A stretch of 64,000 bases of DNA from Patescibacteria group bacterium (GCA_018819405.1 JAHJQF010000001.1:162097-226096); one strand, 5' to 3'; counted from the first letter of the stretch, positions 29,835 to 42,700 are shown. The notes: generated by a model from the sequence alone, not told the origin. Made by a program: numbers and translations.

Positions 29835-32063
29835 TTAATATCTGTCCCTTTCTTCATCTTCTTCCTCATCTGTCTCACCTTCAACCTCCTCATCAATATC
29901 TTCTTCATCAAGCGGTGATTCAAAATTCTCCTCCAGATCTTCTTGTGAGACCATAACCTCACGAGGCTTAGATCCTTCTGACGGCCCAACTACACCCATT
30001 TCTTCTAATATATCCAAGAGCCTAGCTGCTCTAGCATAGCCAATCCTTAATCTCCTCTGCAGCAAAGTAGCTGAAGCCTTGCCGGCTTTTATAACAACTT
30101 CTTTAGCCTCCAAAGATAAATCATCTTCATAGTCTCCGCCACCACCAAAACCAGCCACATGACCGCTTGGCTTTTCTGTCACATCATCATTATACTCTGG
30201 CTCAGCCTGATCTTTTAAGAAATCCACTACATCGTTTATTTCTTCATCGGATACATAGGCTCCCTGAATACGGCGAGGTTTGGAAAGCTCGGCTGTCATA
30301 AACAACATATCACCTTTGCCCAAAAGCTTTTCTGCTCCGGAAGTATCAATAATAGTACGGGAGTCCATGGCCGAGGCTACGGCAAAAGCAATACGGGAAG
30401 TAATATTGGCTTTGATAAGACCAGTAATAACATCTACTGACGGTCTTTGGGTGGCCAAAACCAGATGTATACCAACCGCCCTAGCCATCTGAGCCAAAGA
30501 AACAACGGCTGCTTCTATTTCTTTGGCTGCCAAAGACATCAGAGCCGCAAATTCATCAACAATCACCACTATATAAGGTAAACGATTAACAATAACGGCA
30601 CTATTATAACTATCAATGTTCCTTTTGCCGGCGGCTTGAAGTAATTTGTACCTTTCATGCATCTCCTTTACTACCCAACGGAGAGCATTGATAGCTTTAT
30701 CTGTTTCGTTGATAACTGGGGTCAGTAAATGTGGTATATTGTTGTATGATGAAAGTTCTACTCGTTTAGGATCAATTAAAATAAATTTTAATTCATCAGG
30801 AGAATTTTGATAGATCAAACTTAATATTATGTTATTAATACAAACTGACTTGCCACTACCAGTAGAGCCGGCTACCAAAAGATGGGGCATAGTAGCTAAG
30901 TTGGCCAAAATTGCACTACCAGCTACATCTTTACCCAAAGACAGCTGTAGACTGTTTTTTCTTTTTCTATAAGCGCTGCTTTCTAAAATTTCCCTGAGTT
31001 TAACTGTAGAGACAGTTTGATTTGGTACTTCTATACCCACCAAAGATTTGCCTGGAATAGGTGCTTCCATACGCAAAGGATGAGCCGCCAAAGACAAGGC
31101 CAAATCATTTTGCAAAGTAAGCATCTGAGAAAGCCTGACCCCTTCCGCCGGACGCAAAGTATATTGAGTGACTGTTGGTCCAACATTTACCTCTCCCATT
31201 GTCACGTCAATCCCAAAATTTTCCAAAGTCTTTTGAATCTTATTCATATTAGCGTTGATATCTCCGGAATCAGGCTTGGAATTTGATTTTGATAAAAGCT
31301 CAATTGGCACTACAATCTTGGGCCTAGCCTTTCTGACTTGAGGCTTTTCTTCCGTTTCTTCATCAACAAAATCTTCGGCCACCTCTTCTTTACTCTCTTC
31401 CATTTCTTCATCAGGAGAAAACTCTTCTTTGTTTTCTATCATGTCTTCATCAGGAGAAAACTCTTCTTTATCATCATTTTCTTCCTCTTCTTGCTCAGAC
31501 AAATCTGCCTCGGGCAAAAATTTTTCTTTTATTATACCCAAGACTTTACCCTTCTCAATCATATCCTTAAAAGAAGTGTTGAAAGCCAAAAATATTCCAA
31601 TAAATAAAAGTGCAAAAAGTATTACCATTGAACCCCAAAAACCTAAAAAGCTTTGAAGTGTCTGCCCTATAAAAAATCCCAAGGCCCCGCCGCCTTTACC
31701 AGCAGAAATTATTTCTTTTAGGCTAAATTCTGAAACAAAAAAATGAAATAAGCCGGAAAAAGCCAGCATCATCAAAACTAACCCAATATATCCCGATATT
31801 TTAATAGCATAACGACCACTTCTAACCAACAAATAGCCCAACCAGAGTAAAATCAAAATAAATATCCAATCAGCCCAACCAAAAGCATAAGATAGGCCAA
31901 AATTTAGATAGCGGCCAAAAGCGCCAGCTAAATCAAAAATTGATAAAATACTTAAAAAGGCTACTGTAAAAATAAGTATTGTAAAAATAGCCCCTTTAGT
32001 TTCTGGGTTTATACTAAAACCCTCTTCTTCATTTTGATAGACTCGTCTTTTTCTTCTAGCCAT
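29835..32063 (-). CDS. ftsK: DNA translocase FtsK/SpoIIIE
   Basis: GSTGSGKS, ATQRPS, gamma domain LQRRLRIGYARAARL. Confidence 0.95.
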   Translation of the reverse strand: MARRKRRVYQNEEEGFSINPETKGAIFTILIFTVAFLSILSIFDLAGAFGRYLNFGLSYAFGWADWIFILILLWLGYLLVRSGRYAIKISGYIGLVLMMLAFSGLFHFFVSEFSLKEIISAGKGGGALGFFIGQTLQSFLGFWGSMVILFALLFIGIFLAFNTSFKDMIEKGKVLGIIKEKFLPEADLSEQEEEENDDKEEFSPDEDMIENKEEFSPDEEMEESKEEVAEDFVDEETEEKPQVRKARPKIVVPIELLSKSNSKPDSGDINANMNKIQKTLENFGIDVTMGEVNVGPTVTQYTLRPAEGVRLSQMLTLQNDLALSLAAHPLRMEAPIPGKSLVGIEVPNQTVSTVKLREILESSAYRKRKNSLQLSLGKDVAGSAILANLATMPHLLVAGSTGSGKSVCINNIILSLIYQNSPDELKFILIDPKRVELSSYNNIPHLLTPVINETDKAINALRWVVKEMHERYKLLQAAGKRNIDSYNSAVIVNRLPYIVVIVDEFAALMSLAAKEIEAAVVSLAQMARAVGIHLVLATQRPSVDVITGLIKANITSRIAFAVASAMDSRTIIDTSGAEKLLGKGDMLFMTAELSKPRRIQGAYVSDEEINDVVDFLKDQAEPEYNDDVTEKPSGHVAGFGGGGDYEDDLSLEAKEVVIKAGKASATLLQRRLRIGYARAARLLDILEEMGVVGPSEGSKPREVMVSQEDLEENFESPLDEEDIDEEVEGETDEEEDEERDRY

Positions 32064-32186
32064 TTTTGGTGAAAATTATCAGTTTATAATACCTATATTT
32101 TACCATATATAAGAATAAAATAAAATCCCCCCAACAAATCAAAAACCCCCAAAAATAGGGGGCTTTTGCGAAAAAATATTCTTTTA

Positions 32187-35100
32187 TTATTTTATAAAAC
32201 CCGTGCCCGCTGGAATCTTGCGACCAATAATTACATTCTCCTTTAGACCCTTTAGATGATCTACTTTACCGGAAATTGCCGCATCAATGAGCACCCTAGC
32301 TGTTTCTTGGAAAGACGCTGCTGATAAGAATGAGTCTGAGGTAAGAGCGGCTTTGGTAATGCCCAAAAGTAGAGTGTCTCCAGTTGCTTTCTTACCCTTA
32401 GAATTAATATTGGCCTCTTGGAATTGAGTATAGGTTATCACCTCACCTGGCAATAGTTCAGTATCTCCCACATCTTTGACCAAGATTCTAGAAAACATCT
32501 GTCTGACAATAAGCTCAACGTGTTTATCATTTAGATTCTGGCCTTGTGAAGAATAAATATGTTTGATCTCACTAATAATATATTTTTGAACACTGAGCAT
32601 ATCTTTGAGATCATAGAGCTCTTGCAAGTCAATGCTTCCTTCGGTAATCTGCTGACCTTCTTCTACTAGATCCTTATTTTTAATCCAGAGATTATATCCA
32701 GCCGGTATTATGACTTCCTGCATACTTCCTTCTTTACTAATGACCTTAAGGGTTTTGTCTTTAATCTTTATAACACCATCTAGCTTAGTCCTGACTTTGT
32801 CTTTATTATCAAGCATGATGACCTGATCAACTTCTACTTCTTGACCATCTTTTACTTTAAGATCGGTATTATCTTTAATTTCATATTCTTCTACTCTGAT
32901 TTCCTGTGGTTTGATTTTGATGATTCTCTGATCTTTGGAAATAAGTTTTTGATCATCCTCAATATATACTACACCTGAAAGTGGCGCCAAGATAGCTGAT
33001 TTTTTAGGCGGCCTAGCTTCAAATAACTCCTCTACACGAGGCAAACCTTGAGTAATATCTCCTTCGGCTACACCGCCAGTATGAAAAGTTCTCATAGTAA
33101 GCTGTGTGCCGGGTTCACCAATACTTTGAGCAGCCACAATACCAACAGCTGTTCCTTGTTTGACTAACTCATTATAACCCAAATCAAAACCATAACATTT
33201 TTTACAAGCTCCGCGGATAGATTTACAAGTCAATATTGATCTTATTTTTATCTGATCGGGATTGGCTTTGGCTACTAATTCGGAAGCCTCTTTATCCACC
33301 AAAGTGCCTTTTTTGACAACTACTTTACCTTTAGCGTCTTTGATATCTTCTATTAGAACTCTACCTGTAGCTCTTTCGGCCAAGGTCTCGTTTATAGCAT
33401 CACTTTCTTCTTTAGTAATCACCAAACCCTCTTTGTCTTTACAATCATCTTCCAAAATTACCATATCCTGAGAAACGTCCACCAAACGCCTAGTCAAATA
33501 TCCGGCATTAGCCGTACGAAGAGCAGTATCTGATAGACCTTTTCTAGTACCATGAGTAGAGATAAAGTATTCCAGCACATCCAGACCCTCTTGAAAGTTG
33601 GCCTTGATAGGCAATTCGATAATATCACCAGCTGGATTAATCACCAAGCCTTTGATGCCCATGATCTGAATCATTTGTGACAAAGATCCTCTAGCGCCTG
33701 ACTCAATAATAGACGCTACGGAATTTTTTGGATCCAAAACTTCTTGAACCCTATCATAAATACGATTTTTTATTTCATTCCAAACTTCAATGACCTTGAT
33801 ATATCTTTCATTATTAGTCAAAAGTCCTTGATTATATTGTTCCTTAATTTCTTCTACTCTTCTTTCTCCTTCTTCAATCAATTCTTTTTTGATTTTTAAT
33901 TTTGGAATATCATCCATCCCCCAAGAAAGACCGGAAGCAGTAATATTTTTAAAGGCTACTTCTTTGATATCATCAAGTAGCTTGACTGTCTGGTCGTGGG
34001 GCAAAGTACGAAAAGCATCGGCTACAATATTTTTCATTCCTTTTTTATCGAGTGTCTTGTTCACATAACCCATCTTATCCGGCAGTATTCTATTAAATAT
34101 AATCCTACCAACCGATGTTTCCAAAATCTGATTCTTTTCTTTGGCAATTCTAACTTTGATAACATCCTGAAGACCAATCACTCCCAAGGCAAAAGCTTTT
34201 TCTGCCTCATCTTCATCACCAAAAGCCTTGGTCAATTTTGACTCTGGATGAATATAAGTCAAATAATAACATCCCCAAACAATATCCTGACTTGGCACAG
34301 TTACTGGATCACCGGTAGCCGGCTTCAGTAGGTTGTTTGATGATAGCATAATAGTACTAGCTTCTTCTTTGGCTTCTTCAGTCAAAGGAACATGAACAGC
34401 CATTTGATCTCCATCAAAGTCAGCATTAAAAGCCGTACAAACTAAAGGATGAAGCTGGATAGCTTTACCTTCTATAAGAGTCGGCTGGAAAGCCTGAATA
34501 CCCAAACGATGAAGGGTTGGAGCACGATTCAATAATACATGAGCATCTTTGATAATATCTTCCAGAATTGCCCATACCTCCTGGTGCCCAGCCTCAATAT
34601 AACGATTGGCACTACGGACATTATGAACCAATTCTTGTTTTATAAGTTGAGAAATTACAAATGGTCTAAAAAGTTCCAAGGCCATAGTCTTTGGCAAACC
34701 ACACTGATAAAGTTTTAAATGCGGACCAATGACAATAACACTACGTCCAGAATAATCAACACGTTTACCAAGCAAATTTTGTCTAAAACGTCCTTGCTTA
34801 CCTTTTAGCATGTCCGCAATACTCTTGAGAGTTCTCTTTTGACCAGTAGAAGCAGTAACTGTCTTACCATGACGGGCATTATTATCAATCAAAGCATCCA
34901 CTGCCTCCTGAAGCATTCTTTTTTCATTTCTTTGAATTACTTCTGGAGCATTGAGCTCTTTGAGTCTTTTTAGACGATTATTTCTATTGATGACACGACG
35001 ATACAAGTCATTCAAATCAGATGAAGCAAAACGCCCACCATCAAGCTGAACCATTGGTCTCAAATCTGGAGGAATGACTGGAATAGTGGTCATAATCATC

Positions 35101-36065
35101 CACTCGGGTCTAATTTTATTTATAATCAAGTTCTTGACCAGTCGTGACCTTCTAATAAGTTTTTTTCTCTTAGACGCTATGGAGTCTTCTATTTCTTTTT
35201 CCAAAGAATTATAGAGTTCTTTTAGATCAATCCTCTTGAGTAATTCCCTGACAGCCTCAGCCCCAATACTGGCCTCAAACACATGACCATAACGCAAGGC
35301 TAACTCCTGATATTTAGTCTCAGAAATTATTTGCAATTCTCTTAACTCACGCAATTCCTTTAGAGCCACATCAGCGGCTTCTTCCAAGGTTTTAATTTTA
35401 TCAATCTTAGCAACATTTAAATTCATCAAATCCTGCTCAATCTGTTTTTCTACTTTATCTTTTGGCTGGCCATCAGCGATGAGTTTGGTTTTACGATTAT
35501 TGGCTTCCTGAGTTCTTTGATTAAATTCATTATCAATCTGCTTGCGCTTGTTTTTTAATTCACCCTTTATCTGTTCTATGGTTTCTTTACGAGCAACATC
35601 ATCAACATTGGTAATAATAAAACTAGCAAAATAAATAACTTTTTCTAGAGACTGAATACTCAAATCCAAAACCAAACCGATCTTGGATGGAATACCACGT
35701 AAAAACCAAATATGAGATACAGGAGCGGCCAAATCAATGTGTCCCATTCTTTCACGACGAACAATAGCACGAGTCACTTCTACACCACACTTATCACAAA
35801 CAATTCCTTTGTAACGAATTCTTTTATATTTACCACAATAACACTCCCAGTCTTTGGTTGGTCCAAAAATCTTTTCACAAAACAAACCGTCTTTTTCTGG
35901 TTTTTGCGTTCGGTAGTTTATAGTTTCTGGTTTCAAAACCTCACCGTGTGACCAGTTGTGTATGTCTTCAGGAGAAGCCAATCTTAGTTTGATAGCATCA
36001 AATTCTAAGACGGTATTTTTTTCCTGTGACATAAAGGTAGTTTTTGTTGATGATGGAGTAGGCAT
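32187..36065 (-). CDS. rpoC: RNA polymerase beta' subunit
   Basis: NADFDGD, Zn finger [16 protein letters not shown]. Confidence 0.98.
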   Translation of the reverse strand: MPTPSSTKTTFMSQEKNTVLEFDAIKLRLASPEDIHNWSHGEVLKPETINYRTQKPEKDGLFCEKIFGPTKDWECYCGKYKRIRYKGIVCDKCGVEVTRAIVRRERMGHIDLAAPVSHIWFLRGIPSKIGLVLDLSIQSLEKVIYFASFIITNVDDVARKETIEQIKGELKNKRKQIDNEFNQRTQEANNRKTKLIADGQPKDKVEKQIEQDLMNLNVAKIDKIKTLEEAADVALKELRELRELQIISETKYQELALRYGHVFEASIGAEAVRELLKRIDLKELYNSLEKEIEDSIASKRKKLIRRSRLVKNLIINKIRPEWMIMTTIPVIPPDLRPMVQLDGGRFASSDLNDLYRRVINRNNRLKRLKELNAPEVIQRNEKRMLQEAVDALIDNNARHGKTVTASTGQKRTLKSIADMLKGKQGRFRQNLLGKRVDYSGRSVIVIGPHLKLYQCGLPKTMALELFRPFVISQLIKQELVHNVRSANRYIEAGHQEVWAILEDIIKDAHVLLNRAPTLHRLGIQAFQPTLIEGKAIQLHPLVCTAFNADFDGDQMAVHVPLTEEAKEEASTIMLSSNNLLKPATGDPVTVPSQDIVWGCYYLTYIHPESKLTKAFGDEDEAEKAFALGVIGLQDVIKVRIAKEKNQILETSVGRIIFNRILPDKMGYVNKTLDKKGMKNIVADAFRTLPHDQTVKLLDDIKEVAFKNITASGLSWGMDDIPKLKIKKELIEEGERRVEEIKEQYNQGLLTNNERYIKVIEVWNEIKNRIYDRVQEVLDPKNSVASIIESGARGSLSQMIQIMGIKGLVINPAGDIIELPIKANFQEGLDVLEYFISTHGTRKGLSDTALRTANAGYLTRRLVDVSQDMVILEDDCKDKEGLVITKEESDAINETLAERATGRVLIEDIKDAKGKVVVKKGTLVDKEASELVAKANPDQIKIRSILTCKSIRGACKKCYGFDLGYNELVKQGTAVGIVAAQSIGEPGTQLTMRTFHTGGVAEGDITQGLPRVEELFEARPPKKSAILAPLSGVVYIEDDQKLISKDQRIIKIKPQEIRVEEYEIKDNTDLKVKDGQEVEVDQVIMLDNKDKVRTKLDGVIKIKDKTLKVISKEGSMQEVIIPAGYNLWIKNKDLVEEGQQITEGSIDLQELYDLKDMLSVQKYIISEIKHIYSSQGQNLNDKHVELIVRQMFSRILVKDVGDTELLPGEVITYTQFQEANINSKGKKATGDTLLLGITKAALTSDSFLSAASFQETARVLIDAAISGKVDHLKGLKENVIIGRKIPAGTGFIK

Positions 36066-36091
36066 ATTTTTAAATTTATAATTTACAAAAA

Positions 36092-39000
36092 TTATTTTTC
36101 TGACTCAGACGCTACTTCTTCTGACAAACTCAAGTCAGCTACAACAGGAGCTTCTTCTTTGAGTATTTCTTGAGTTTCCCGGTCAACGTCTTCAATCTTG
36201 GCCTCTCTTTCTCCGACGAGCTCTACTTCCAATCCAAGGCCTTTTAGCTCTCGAACCAAAACATTGAATGATTCAGGTATATTTAAACGCTTGATAGGTT
36301 CACCTTTGATGATTGACTCATAAGCCTTGGATCTACCTGGCACATCATCAGATTTGATAGTTATCATTTCCTGCAAAGTGCTGGCAGCACCATAAGCTTC
36401 TAAAGCCCAGACTTCCATCTCACCAAAACGCTGACCACCAAACTGAGCCTTACCACCCAACGGTTGTTGAGTAACAAGAGAGTATGGTCCGATAGACCTC
36501 TGATGAATTTTGTCTTCTACCAAATGATTTAGTTTCAACATATAAGCCACGCCAACAGTTGTCTTGTTGTCAAATGGCTGACCAGTGCGGCCATCATATA
36601 ATTGCAATTTACCATCTTCCGGCCAACCAGCTTTGGCTAGCTCCCCTCTGATGATTTCTTCGGACACTCCGTTTAGAGCCGGACTAGCCACTTTATAGCC
36701 AGCGGTTCTAGCCGCCAAACCTAAATGAGTTTCTAGTAGCTGCCCCAGGTTCATACGAGAAATAACACCCAGCGGATTCAAAATAATATCAACTGGTGTA
36801 CCATCAGCCAAAAATGGCATATCTTCTATTGGTACTACACGGGATATTACACCTTTATTTCCATGTCGGCCGGCCATCTTGTCACCGACTTGCACTCTTC
36901 TGAGTTGAGCAATAGTAATCTGAATAGTCTTGATTACTCCGGCCGGTAGTTTATCACCCTTATCACGAGAAAATACCTTAACTCCGATTACCTTACCTCG
37001 TTCTCCATGCTTCAAATAAAGAGATGTGTCTCTGACGTCTTTGGCTTTTTCACCAAAGATAGCTCGCAAAAGTTTTTCTTCAGCTGACAATTCGGTTTCA
37101 CCTTTAGGAGTAATTTTACCTACCAGAATATCTCCCGATGAGACATTGGCCCCAATTCTGACTACTCCTTCACGATCAAGGTCTTTTAATTTTTCTTCGC
37201 TGACATTTGGAATATCACGAGTGACCACTTCTGGACCAAGCTTGGTATCACGGATATCAATAGAGTAATCCTCAATACTAATAGAAGTATAATTATCATT
37301 TTTTACAACTCTTTCTGATATCAAAATAGCATCCTCATAATTTCCTCCATCCCAAGTCATATAAGCAACCAACATGTTTTGGCCTAGAGCCAACTCTCCT
37401 TGATCAGTAGCTGCTCCATCAGCAATTACCTCACCCTTTTTGACTTTTTGTCCTTTATCAACTATCGGGTGCTGATTCATACTAGTAGAAGTATTGGAAC
37501 GAGAAAATTTATTTAAGTTATAAATTATTGTTTCTCCTTTTTTATTGCTTACTTCAATACGGCGACTATCAACATAAGTAACCTCACCGTCATCTTTGAC
37601 TACAATCACCTGTCCAGAATCCATAGCTGCCTTAGCCTCAACACCAGTACCAACTACAGGAGCTTGCGGACGAATAACCGAAACTGCCTGACGTTGCATG
37701 TTTGTGCCCATAAGCGCTCTGACCGCATCGTCATGTTCCAAAAATGGAATTAAAGATGTAGCAATGGAAATAATTTGATTTGGAGCAACATCCAACAAAT
37801 CAATTCTTTCTACTTTATCATAAGTAGGATTTCCCTTAACTCTAATTTCAGAATAATCATTTATAAAATAACCTTTTTCATCAATCGGTGTAGTGGCCGC
37901 GGCGGTGTTATATCTTTCCTCTTCAAAAGCATCAAAATAAACTATTTCATTGGTCACCAATGGTTTGATGGGGACTATTTCAATTTCTGTATGCTTGGCC
38001 AATTCTTTAGCTACGCTAGCGGTGATAGTTTGTCCAGCGCCAACAATTGTTTTTTTGCCATCTGGGGTTTTGATGTCTTCTCTGGCTATTTTATCAGTGG
38101 TTACCTTTGGATCATTATCTATATCATGAAGTACTCGCCTAAAAGGAGTTTCAATAAAACCAAAATCATTTACTTTGGCGTAAGATGCCAAATGCCCGAC
38201 TAGTCCGATATTTGGACCTTCGGGAGTGGCAATCGGACAAATACGACCATAGTGAGTACGATGTACATCACGGACTTCAAAGCCCGCTCTTTCACGAGAT
38301 AGACCACCTGGTCCCATAGCTGACAAACGACGTTTGTGCTCTAGCTCAGCCAAAGGATTTACCTGGTCCATGAATTGAGAAAGTTGTGAGCTCATAAAAA
38401 ATTCTTTGATCACACCAATCACTGGACGGGCATTGATAAGCTGATTTGGAGTAATACTTGTCATGTCCAAAGTGCTCATCCTGTCTTTGACAATGCGCTC
38501 CATACGAGCCAAGCCAATCCTAAACCTGTTTTGGACAAGTTCTCCGATAGCTCTGACCCGCCTGTTGCCCAAGTGATCAATGTCATCAGCATCTTCTTGG
38601 CTAAGATTTAATTTGATAATTTCTTTGACCACCAAAATCAAATCTTCTTTTCGTAAGACTCTGGTATTTTTATTATTTGGAATGTCTAGTGCAAATCTAG
38701 AATTGATTTTGTATCTACCAACCCGACCAAAATCATAACGATCAAAATCAAAAAACATAGAATGAATAAGAGATCTGGCATTTTCAGTAGTAGCCAAATC
38801 GCCCGGCCTAATACGACGATAAATTTCTTTTAAGCCCTCGGCTTCGTTTGTAGAAATATCTTTGTTGATTGTAGCCTTGATAAATTTTACCTCTGGGTGA
38901 GTGTCAACATCTTTAAATAAATCTGTTATTTCTTCATCGGTAAAATACCCAAAGGCGCGCAAGAGTGCGGTGATAGGTACTTTTCTTTTTCTATCTATCT

Positions 39001-39535
39001 TTACGTAAATGACATTGTTGACATCAGTCTCAATTTCCAACCAAGCACCACGATTTGGTATAAGCTTGGCTCCATAGTATTTGCGACCACGCATGACCGA
39101 AGATGTAAAAAACACACCAGCACTTCTGATAAGCTGAGAAACAACTACACGTTCTACACCATTGATAATAAAAGTACCGCGATCAGTCATCAATGGAAAA
39201 TCTCCCAAATATATTTCTTGTTCTTTGACTTCGCTGGTTCTTTTGTTGACCAGCCTTATGTTGACTCGCAGTGGAGCCTCAAAAGTAATATTTTTATCTT
39301 TGGCTTTGACTTCGTCAAATTTTGGCTCGTCCAAATAGTAGTCTTGAAAATAAAGCTCAAGATCACGACCAATAAAATCTTTGATTGGAGAGATTTCCTC
39401 AAAAAGTTCTTTTAGTCCTTCTCTAAAAAACCAGTCATAGGACTTTTTCTGAACCTCAATAAGGTCCGTCAAAGGAATGGCTTCACGCAGATCAGTAAAA
39501 TACTTGCGCGAAGTAGAAGTTTTTACTTGGGGCAT
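36092..39535 (-). CDS. rpoB: RNA polymerase beta subunit
   Basis: [20 protein letters not shown]. Confidence 0.98.
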   Translation of the reverse strand: MPQVKTSTSRKYFTDLREAIPLTDLIEVQKKSYDWFFREGLKELFEEISPIKDFIGRDLELYFQDYYLDEPKFDEVKAKDKNITFEAPLRVNIRLVNKRTSEVKEQEIYLGDFPLMTDRGTFIINGVERVVVSQLIRSAGVFFTSSVMRGRKYYGAKLIPNRGAWLEIETDVNNVIYVKIDRKRKVPITALLRAFGYFTDEEITDLFKDVDTHPEVKFIKATINKDISTNEAEGLKEIYRRIRPGDLATTENARSLIHSMFFDFDRYDFGRVGRYKINSRFALDIPNNKNTRVLRKEDLILVVKEIIKLNLSQEDADDIDHLGNRRVRAIGELVQNRFRIGLARMERIVKDRMSTLDMTSITPNQLINARPVIGVIKEFFMSSQLSQFMDQVNPLAELEHKRRLSAMGPGGLSRERAGFEVRDVHRTHYGRICPIATPEGPNIGLVGHLASYAKVNDFGFIETPFRRVLHDIDNDPKVTTDKIAREDIKTPDGKKTIVGAGQTITASVAKELAKHTEIEIVPIKPLVTNEIVYFDAFEEERYNTAAATTPIDEKGYFINDYSEIRVKGNPTYDKVERIDLLDVAPNQIISIATSLIPFLEHDDAVRALMGTNMQRQAVSVIRPQAPVVGTGVEAKAAMDSGQVIVVKDDGEVTYVDSRRIEVSNKKGETIIYNLNKFSRSNTSTSMNQHPIVDKGQKVKKGEVIADGAATDQGELALGQNMLVAYMTWDGGNYEDAILISERVVKNDNYTSISIEDYSIDIRDTKLGPEVVTRDIPNVSEEKLKDLDREGVVRIGANVSSGDILVGKITPKGETELSAEEKLLRAIFGEKAKDVRDTSLYLKHGERGKVIGVKVFSRDKGDKLPAGVIKTIQITIAQLRRVQVGDKMAGRHGNKGVISRVVPIEDMPFLADGTPVDIILNPLGVISRMNLGQLLETHLGLAARTAGYKVASPALNGVSEEIIRGELAKAGWPEDGKLQLYDGRTGQPFDNKTTVGVAYMLKLNHLVEDKIHQRSIGPYSLVTQQPLGGKAQFGGQRFGEMEVWALEAYGAASTLQEMITIKSDDVPGRSKAYESIIKGEPIKRLNIPESFNVLVRELKGLGLEVELVGEREAKIEDVDRETQEILKEEAPVVADLSLSEEVASESEK

Positions 39536-39963
39536 AAAGATAGTGCTAACTAGATTGTTTAATTAGCCTTATAGTATAAGGGCTTTATATTATAGAAAGT
39601 TTGCAGTCACAAAAAAGAACTCACCCGATTTTGGGTCAGTTATTTACATTAATTTTCATTTAAAATAGGCTTGGGGCCAAAAATTGCATAGCCCAATGGT
39701 ATCAAATTTGACACCTATTGTCAAGGTCTTGTCCTCATCACTCAGAAACAACAGGCTATTTTTAAGTTTTTTTATCTAATATTAGATAAAAAGTTGCTAT
39801 ATATAAAAGAAAAAATTTGTCAAATTTTATATGTTTTACCAATAAATAAAGGCTATATATACACATATATAGTCATTTACCTACACTTTATCCACACCGT
39901 ACAACCTCGCTACGCTCGGTCTACGGTGCAAGCGTCTTTATTTTTGACTGATTTTAGATAAAT

Positions 39964-40000
39964 CCCGCACCATTTTTGAGTATTAAAAAATGGTGCGGGG
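39964..40000. repeat. CCCGCACCATTTT/AAAATGGTGCGGGG palindromic element
   Basis: related to 15823-15858 and 5861-5924. Confidence 0.6.
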
Positions 40001-40010
40001 TAAAAAAATA

Positions 40011-40048
40011 GGACGGGGGTCACACGATGCACGTGTGACTTCCCGTCC
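40011..40048 (-). terminator. terminator of the pilin cassette
   Basis: GGACGGG..GTCACACG/CGTGTGAC..CCCGTCC followed by a T run on the minus strand. Confidence 0.75.
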
Positions 40049-40070
40049 TTTCTCCTAGTACCTGCTGGTA

Positions 40071-40493
40071 CTAGGAGCCACTGGTGAGCTCGACAATCTG
40101 CTGACTGTCAGCTCCGTAGCCGGTGATGACATATCCGATGTTGATGTTCCCTTGCTTGATGGGCTGGTAAAAGACCTGACCCGGACCGGGAACCTCGTCG
40201 GTCATGATCGCGTCACGCGGCTCGGTCACTTGGTTAGTGAAGGCGTTTTCCAGCAGTTGCTCAGCGGGCAGCAAATACAGGAAATAGACCACCTTCTCGG
40301 GGTAGCGACCGTCGTTTCTGACGACGTAGTCCTCGACGGCCAGCTGCACGGTGTGGCAGACGCCCTTGGTCTTGGCCTCCATGGCCCGGTTCTGCATGCT
40401 GATGAAGTTGGGGATGGCGATGGCCGCCAGGAGACCGAGGATGACCACAACGATCATCAGCTCGATGAGAGTAAAGCCCTTGCGATTGAACAT
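40071..40493 (-). CDS. type IV pilin / prepilin N-methylation domain protein, GC-rich cassette
   Basis: KG|FTLIELMIVVVILGLLAAIAIPNF; SD AGGAGG; promoter TTGACA(40629-40624)-17-TAAGAT. Confidence 0.9.
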   Translation of the reverse strand: MFNRKGFTLIELMIVVVILGLLAAIAIPNFISMQNRAMEAKTKGVCHTVQLAVEDYVVRNDGRYPEKVVYFLYLLPAEQLLENAFTNQVTEPRDAIMTDEVPGPGQVFYQPIKQGNINIGYVITGYGADSQQIVELTSGS

Positions 40494-40662
40494 TAGACAT
40501 TCCTCCTAGAAAGGGTGAAACTGCCAAGAACAACGAAACAATCTATTTTTAGCCAATTTCGGCATTGTATATAGAACAAACGCTAAAAGCGAATCATATC
40601 ATCTTATCACAAAATAAGTCTTTTGTCAAGACTTATTTACACAAAACTAGCTCTTTTATTAG

Positions 40663-41949
40663 TTATTTCAACAATTCTTTAAAAACTCGTCTATCATCCC
40701 AAGGAATTTTTTGACCATTTGCCACACATATAAATTGTTCTGAACCTTTACCAGTAATAAGTATTAGGTCGTTAACTTGAGCCAATTCTATTGATTTTTG
40801 AATAGCCTCACGTCTATCTTCTACTTTAAACAAATCTTTATCCAGTGTTTTGCCAACCTCAATAGCTCCACGGGCAACATTGTTTATAATTTCTATTGGA
40901 TCATCATCATATGGGTCTTCGTTTGTTACAATTACTATATCAGCGTTCTCTCCCGCCATTTTACCAAGTACTGGTTGACGAGCTTTATCTCTTCCTCCAC
41001 CGCATGATCCCAAGATATGAATCAATCTATTTTTTTTTATTTTTTTCAAAGTCTGATAAAGTTGGCCTAAACCCTCTGGCTCAGGAGCATAATCAACTAA
41101 TACTTTAAAATCCTGTCCCTCATCAATCCATTCCTGACGACCTGGTACATTTTTTAATTTTGTTTGTACTAAATTTTTGAGATCAAAACCTAACTCTGCT
41201 ATTGCTACCATAGCTGACAAAACATTATAAACATTAAATTTAGCAATAAATTTTGTATCTATCCTATTACCATGCACAGAAAATGACACTCCGTTTTCCA
41301 AATCAATATCCTGTGCCTGATAATCAGATTGTTTATCAATAGAGTAAGTGACAAATTTATCAACTTTTATTTTTTTGAGCCTCTCTGTTTCCATATCATC
41401 ATTATTGGACACAACTATTTTGATTATTTTCTCACCATCTATTATTTTTATCTTGCTAGTTGATAGGTGTTTAAAAAGTTTTTCTTTATACATTCGATAA
41501 TTTTCAAAACTACCATGAGCCTCGATATGCTCGGGTGTCAGATTGGTAAAAATAACTGTATCATAATTTATCCCCGCATGACGAAATTGTTCTACACCTT
41601 GAGACGATGTTTCAATCACCGCATATTTACAACCAGCTTTGACCATATCAGATAAAAGTCTTTGTGTTTGCATGCGCCCAAGCATTGTCATTTTTTTGTC
41701 ATTGAGCCATTCTTTTTTAGCGACTTTAAAATTAGCAGTTGAAGCCAAACCAACTTTTTGATTTTGGGACTGCAAAAACTGAGCTACAAAATTAACAGTC
41801 GCTGTCTTACCATTGGTGCCGGTCACGCCTATCACAATCAATTTGTCACTAGGGTTTCCAAAAACAAAAGCCGCCAACTTGGCCAAAGTGTGATGATAAG
41901 CCAAGATGATTTTTTTGCCCAATATTTTTTTTATTAACTTTTTAAGCAT
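40663..41949 (-). CDS. murE: UDP-MurNAc-tripeptide ligase (MurE-like)
   Basis: GVTGTNGKT, TNLTPEHIE, DYA, GGGRD, NEDP. Confidence 0.85.
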   Translation of the reverse strand: MLKKLIKKILGKKIILAYHHTLAKLAAFVFGNPSDKLIVIGVTGTNGKTATVNFVAQFLQSQNQKVGLASTANFKVAKKEWLNDKKMTMLGRMQTQRLLSDMVKAGCKYAVIETSSQGVEQFRHAGINYDTVIFTNLTPEHIEAHGSFENYRMYKEKLFKHLSTSKIKIIDGEKIIKIVVSNNDDMETERLKKIKVDKFVTYSIDKQSDYQAQDIDLENGVSFSVHGNRIDTKFIAKFNVYNVLSAMVAIAELGFDLKNLVQTKLKNVPGRQEWIDEGQDFKVLVDYAPEPEGLGQLYQTLKKIKKNRLIHILGSCGGGRDKARQPVLGKMAGENADIVIVTNEDPYDDDPIEIINNVARGAIEVGKTLDKDLFKVEDRREAIQKSIELAQVNDLILITGKGSEQFICVANGQKIPWDDRRVFKELLK

Positions 41950-41962
41950 CCTAATATGGTTG

Positions 41963-42679
41963 CTAATTATTATTTAAATAATCTTCTACTCTCTGGACAT
42001 CTTCCGGCTTGCCAAAATCAAGCCAGACACCTTTGAGGTCAATTACTTTTACCTTGCCCTGTTTGGCTAAAAGATTTATGACATCTGTCAGCTCATATTC
42101 ACCGCGAGGAGAAATATCTATCTTATCTAAATAATCAAAAACTTCTGGAGTAAATTTGTATAATCCAGTATTAATCAAATTACCAACTGGCTGAGCAGGT
42201 TTTTCTACTATTTGTTTCAAAAAACTATTTTTATCCACTGCTAGCACACCATAATTTTCTGGGTGCTGGTGGGCTAAGCCAGCTATATAATTGTAATCAT
42301 CATCAATATTTAATCTTTTCAAATCTTCAACCGAATATAGATTATCTCCGTAGACTGCCAAAAAACTTTGACCTTTCAAAATATCTTTGACACACTCCAG
42401 AGGACAAGCTGTGCCATACTTCTCTTCACCGAGTATTTCAAATTGATTAACTAGCTGGATTTTAAATTCTGGATATTTGGTCAAAAATTCTTCCATAAAT
42501 TCTTTTTTGTAACCAACGACCATTATAATTTCTTCAAAACCAGCGGCTTTTAGATTTGATAAAAGATAATAAAGAAAGGGACGACCATTAGCCTCTATGA
42601 GATGTTTTGGTTTGTCTTTGGACAACTCTAGCATCCTAGTACCGCGTCCAGCAGCTGAAATAAGTACTTTTCTAATCAT
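41963..42679 (-). CDS. sugar-phosphate nucleotidyltransferase
   Basis: AAGRGTRM, PK, YGD, VEKP, GEYELTD. Confidence 0.85.
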   Translation of the reverse strand: MIRKVLISAAGRGTRMLELSKDKPKHLIEANGRPFLYYLLSNLKAAGFEEIIMVVGYKKEFMEEFLTKYPEFKIQLVNQFEILGEEKYGTACPLECVKDILKGQSFLAVYGDNLYSVEDLKRLNIDDDYNYIAGLAHQHPENYGVLAVDKNSFLKQIVEKPAQPVGNLINTGLYKFTPEVFDYLDKIDISPRGEYELTDVINLLAKQGKVKVIDLKGVWLDFGKPEDVQRVEDYLNNN

Positions 42680-42700
42680 ATTTCAATAAATTTAATATAA

